From positions 28,644,001 to 28,708,000 of the forward strand of contig OY740785.1 of assembly GCA_963514005.1 (NCBI GenBank): 64,000 bases of DNA, read 5' to 3'. The number at the start of each line of letters is the position of its first letter. Position 1 is the first letter of the stretch. The notes under the pieces are model-generated. The model had not been told where the DNA came from, did not search any database, and saw only the letters and a list, made by a program, of their open reading frames with translations. Below, in pieces: positions 61,976 to 64,000 of the stretch. Made by a program: the position numbers and the translations under genes. This DNA is from Raja brachyura (Eukaryota).

Positions 61976-62982
61976 TCTATCTTCTATCTATATAACTAAA
62001 AGTCTGATCTTGACCACTATTGGCCCACTGTGCTGCGATTTCCGAGAGAACGCCGCCACCTACGGCCGTCATTTTTTGCCACCTTGCTCAGAGCCCCCCT
62101 CCGCCTTCCGGGATCAAAGGATTTTTCCCATCGATGAAAAATGAGAGAGATATTAATGTTTAAAATAAATTCCCCATTCTCTCTGTTCTCTCTGCTTCCC
62201 CCGCTGGCGGCAGGGGGAGGGACTATAAAACCCGGAAGTGTCGTGCCTCACTCATTCTCTGCCTGACCCAGGAGGCGAGAGGGTCACGGCTCTCTGATCT
62301 GCGAATAACACTGAACGCACGTCTACTCCACAGTGAGTTCCCTCGATGTGGCTGCTGCCAAATTGTTTGCCTCGCCCTTTTTTTTAAAGTCTGTGTTCAC
62401 AAAATGAATTTTGGTTGTCAGGTGGCTGCAGCCCAATTGTTTGCCTCGCCTTTTAAAATAATTTGTGGTCACAAAATGAATTTTGGTTGTCAGGTGGCTG
62501 CAGCCCAATTGTTTGCCTCACATTTTTAAAGAGTTTGGTTTCACAAAATGGATTTTGGTTGTCAGGTGGCTGCAGCCCAATTGTTTGCCTCGCCCTTTTA
62601 AAAAGTTTGTGTTCACAAAATGGATTTTGGTTGGCAGGTGGCTGCGGCCCAATTGTTTGCCTCGCCTTTTTAAAATGTTTGTGTTCACAAAATGGATTTT
62701 GGTTGTCAGGTGGCTGCAGCCAAATTGTTTGCCTTGGCTTGGCTTTTAAAATCATTGCAACAGTTGGCTGCCAGACCAAGAATCCATTCGTCCCACAATG
62801 TCTATACTAGCCCTCAGGAAACCAGCACCTTCGGCCCGCAACACCCACTCTAGCGCAACAGGAAGCCCCCCCCCCCCCCGCCACTGGCGAGCAAAATTGG
62901 AATTGGTGGAGAGCTGGAATATTGCGTTGCTGACCAGCCCTCCCGTGTGATGCTGGGACCCAACGTGTCCCACTTACTCTAG
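61976..62982 (+). mobile_element. Non-autonomous Helitron with internal 72-bp minisatellite
   Basis: A|TC 5' end, GGGACCCAACGTGTCCC hairpin, CTAG|T end; host CR1 rejoins as cctttta|taattttatatg with no TSD. Confidence 0.9.
62348..62750. repeat. 72-bp tandem repeat, about 5.5 copies
   Basis: GTGGCTG recurs at 62348, 62422, 62494, 62566, 62638 and 62710. Confidence 0.92.
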
Positions 62983-64000
62983 TAATTTTATATGTTTCTA
63001 TAAGATTCCCCCTCATCCTTCTAAACCCCAGTGAATACAAGCCTAGTCTTTTTCAATCTTTCCGCGGTTTAGAATGATTCCTTTCGATCAGAAGCAGAAA
63101 ACTGAGAAAGCAACTGTGTTCTAAATTGCAAAGCAGAGGGGTGGAAAGAACAAGGGGGTGTCTGTGTTGGGTTTAGGTTCCTTGTTGTTACGTGTATCGA
63201 GGTAAAGTTAACATGTTCTGCATGCTATCCAATCAAATCAGATAAATACAGATATGGTAGACTATGGTGGTGGTAGGGGGGTGGGGGGGAATAAATAGTA
63301 TCAGTTGTTGTTGATTGCCTGCCATAACCGAGTACGGTATTATCAATGTATACAGTTGAAATAAAGAACTTGAATAAATAAATTAACATGACTGGCAAGG
63401 GTTTGAGGTAAAATTGTGTATTTTGTGTAAACACTTAGTTACGACAAATTGTATGCACAATCTCTGAGAATGTTGGAAGAAATTTTTGCACAGTTCCTAT
63501 GTTGTACCTATATTATTTTGATTTTTTTTAAACTCAGCTAGTCAGGTAGCACCTCTGGAGAACATGGACAGGTGACGTGGGGCCCATCTTCAGTCTAATT
63601 CAGTCTGCTGAGTTCCTCCAGTGCTTTGTGGCGTTTCACCTTAAAGCTAGGCGCCGATGCCGCTGGTCTGCACCGGCGAGCCCTTCTTGACTGGTTGAAG
63701 TGTGGCTCACATTGTAGCCCTGCCAACAGAGTTTTCATAGGACTGCCACCACGGACAGGACACACACGGCCACAGTGGGGCTCCCTTCCCTTTCACCCGT
63801 TACTATATCCGCTCCACCACTGCCACATCCTCCTTCTCCCCTGCAGTCACCCACATCTTCCACGGTGGACTATGTCGGGACTCTGGGGTGGAGGATGAGG
63901 CGGTGTTGGAAGTGGGGTGGGGGGGGGGGAGGTGAGCACTTATTGTCAGTGTCGACCTTCTGAAGAAACGCTGTCTCTGAGGGGCTACAAGATGAGCTGC

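Larger units (their letters stand above)
60777..63060 (-). mobile_element. CR1-like LINE 3' fragment in three pieces (60777-60848, ~61688-61975, 62983-63060)
   Basis: The pieces rejoin colinearly with the CR1 sequence seen at 36398 and 13.6 kb once two insertions are removed. Confidence 0.8.

Noticed and set aside
62323-62810. Repeated-peptide ORFs, or a CRISPR-like array
   Set aside because: 72-bp tandem repeat with no unique spacers; the period is divisible by 3, which explains the ORFs; eukaryotic context.

Overview
Vertebrate genomic DNA; the repeat content (HE1/V-SINE-like tRNA SINEs, CR1, Rex1/Babar, Penelope, Helitrons) points to a cartilaginous fish, probably a skate or ray (inference). 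Two complete spliced genes diverge from one CpG-rich promoter at about 35.6-36.2 kb. On the minus strand is ZC3H6: 12 coding exons, 35291 to 1835, 1278 aa by my exon assembly, with all splice phases closing. It has a ZC3H8-like N-terminal peptide and a U12 AT-AC intron. On the plus strand is an OARD1/TARG1 macrodomain gene: 5 coding exons, 45268 to 54423, 154 aa, with substitutions at the positions of human Ser35 and Gly41. The rest is intronic or intergenic and dense in non-autonomous mobile elements, often nested. These include four Helitron copies, a Harbinger MITE, a decayed Harbinger with a MADF remnant, hAT-like elements with 5-bp and 7-bp TSDs, and many Penelope-derived repeats carrying hammerhead-ribozyme cores. 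The best leads are (1) a stack of possible attenuation devices at the ZC3H6 5' end (uORF, weak first donor, candidate poison exon), (2) the ZC3H6/ZC3H8 composite N-terminus, (3) the variant OARD1 active site, and (4) the hammerhead-bearing repeat family. No database searches were run; family names and human residue numbers come from recall.
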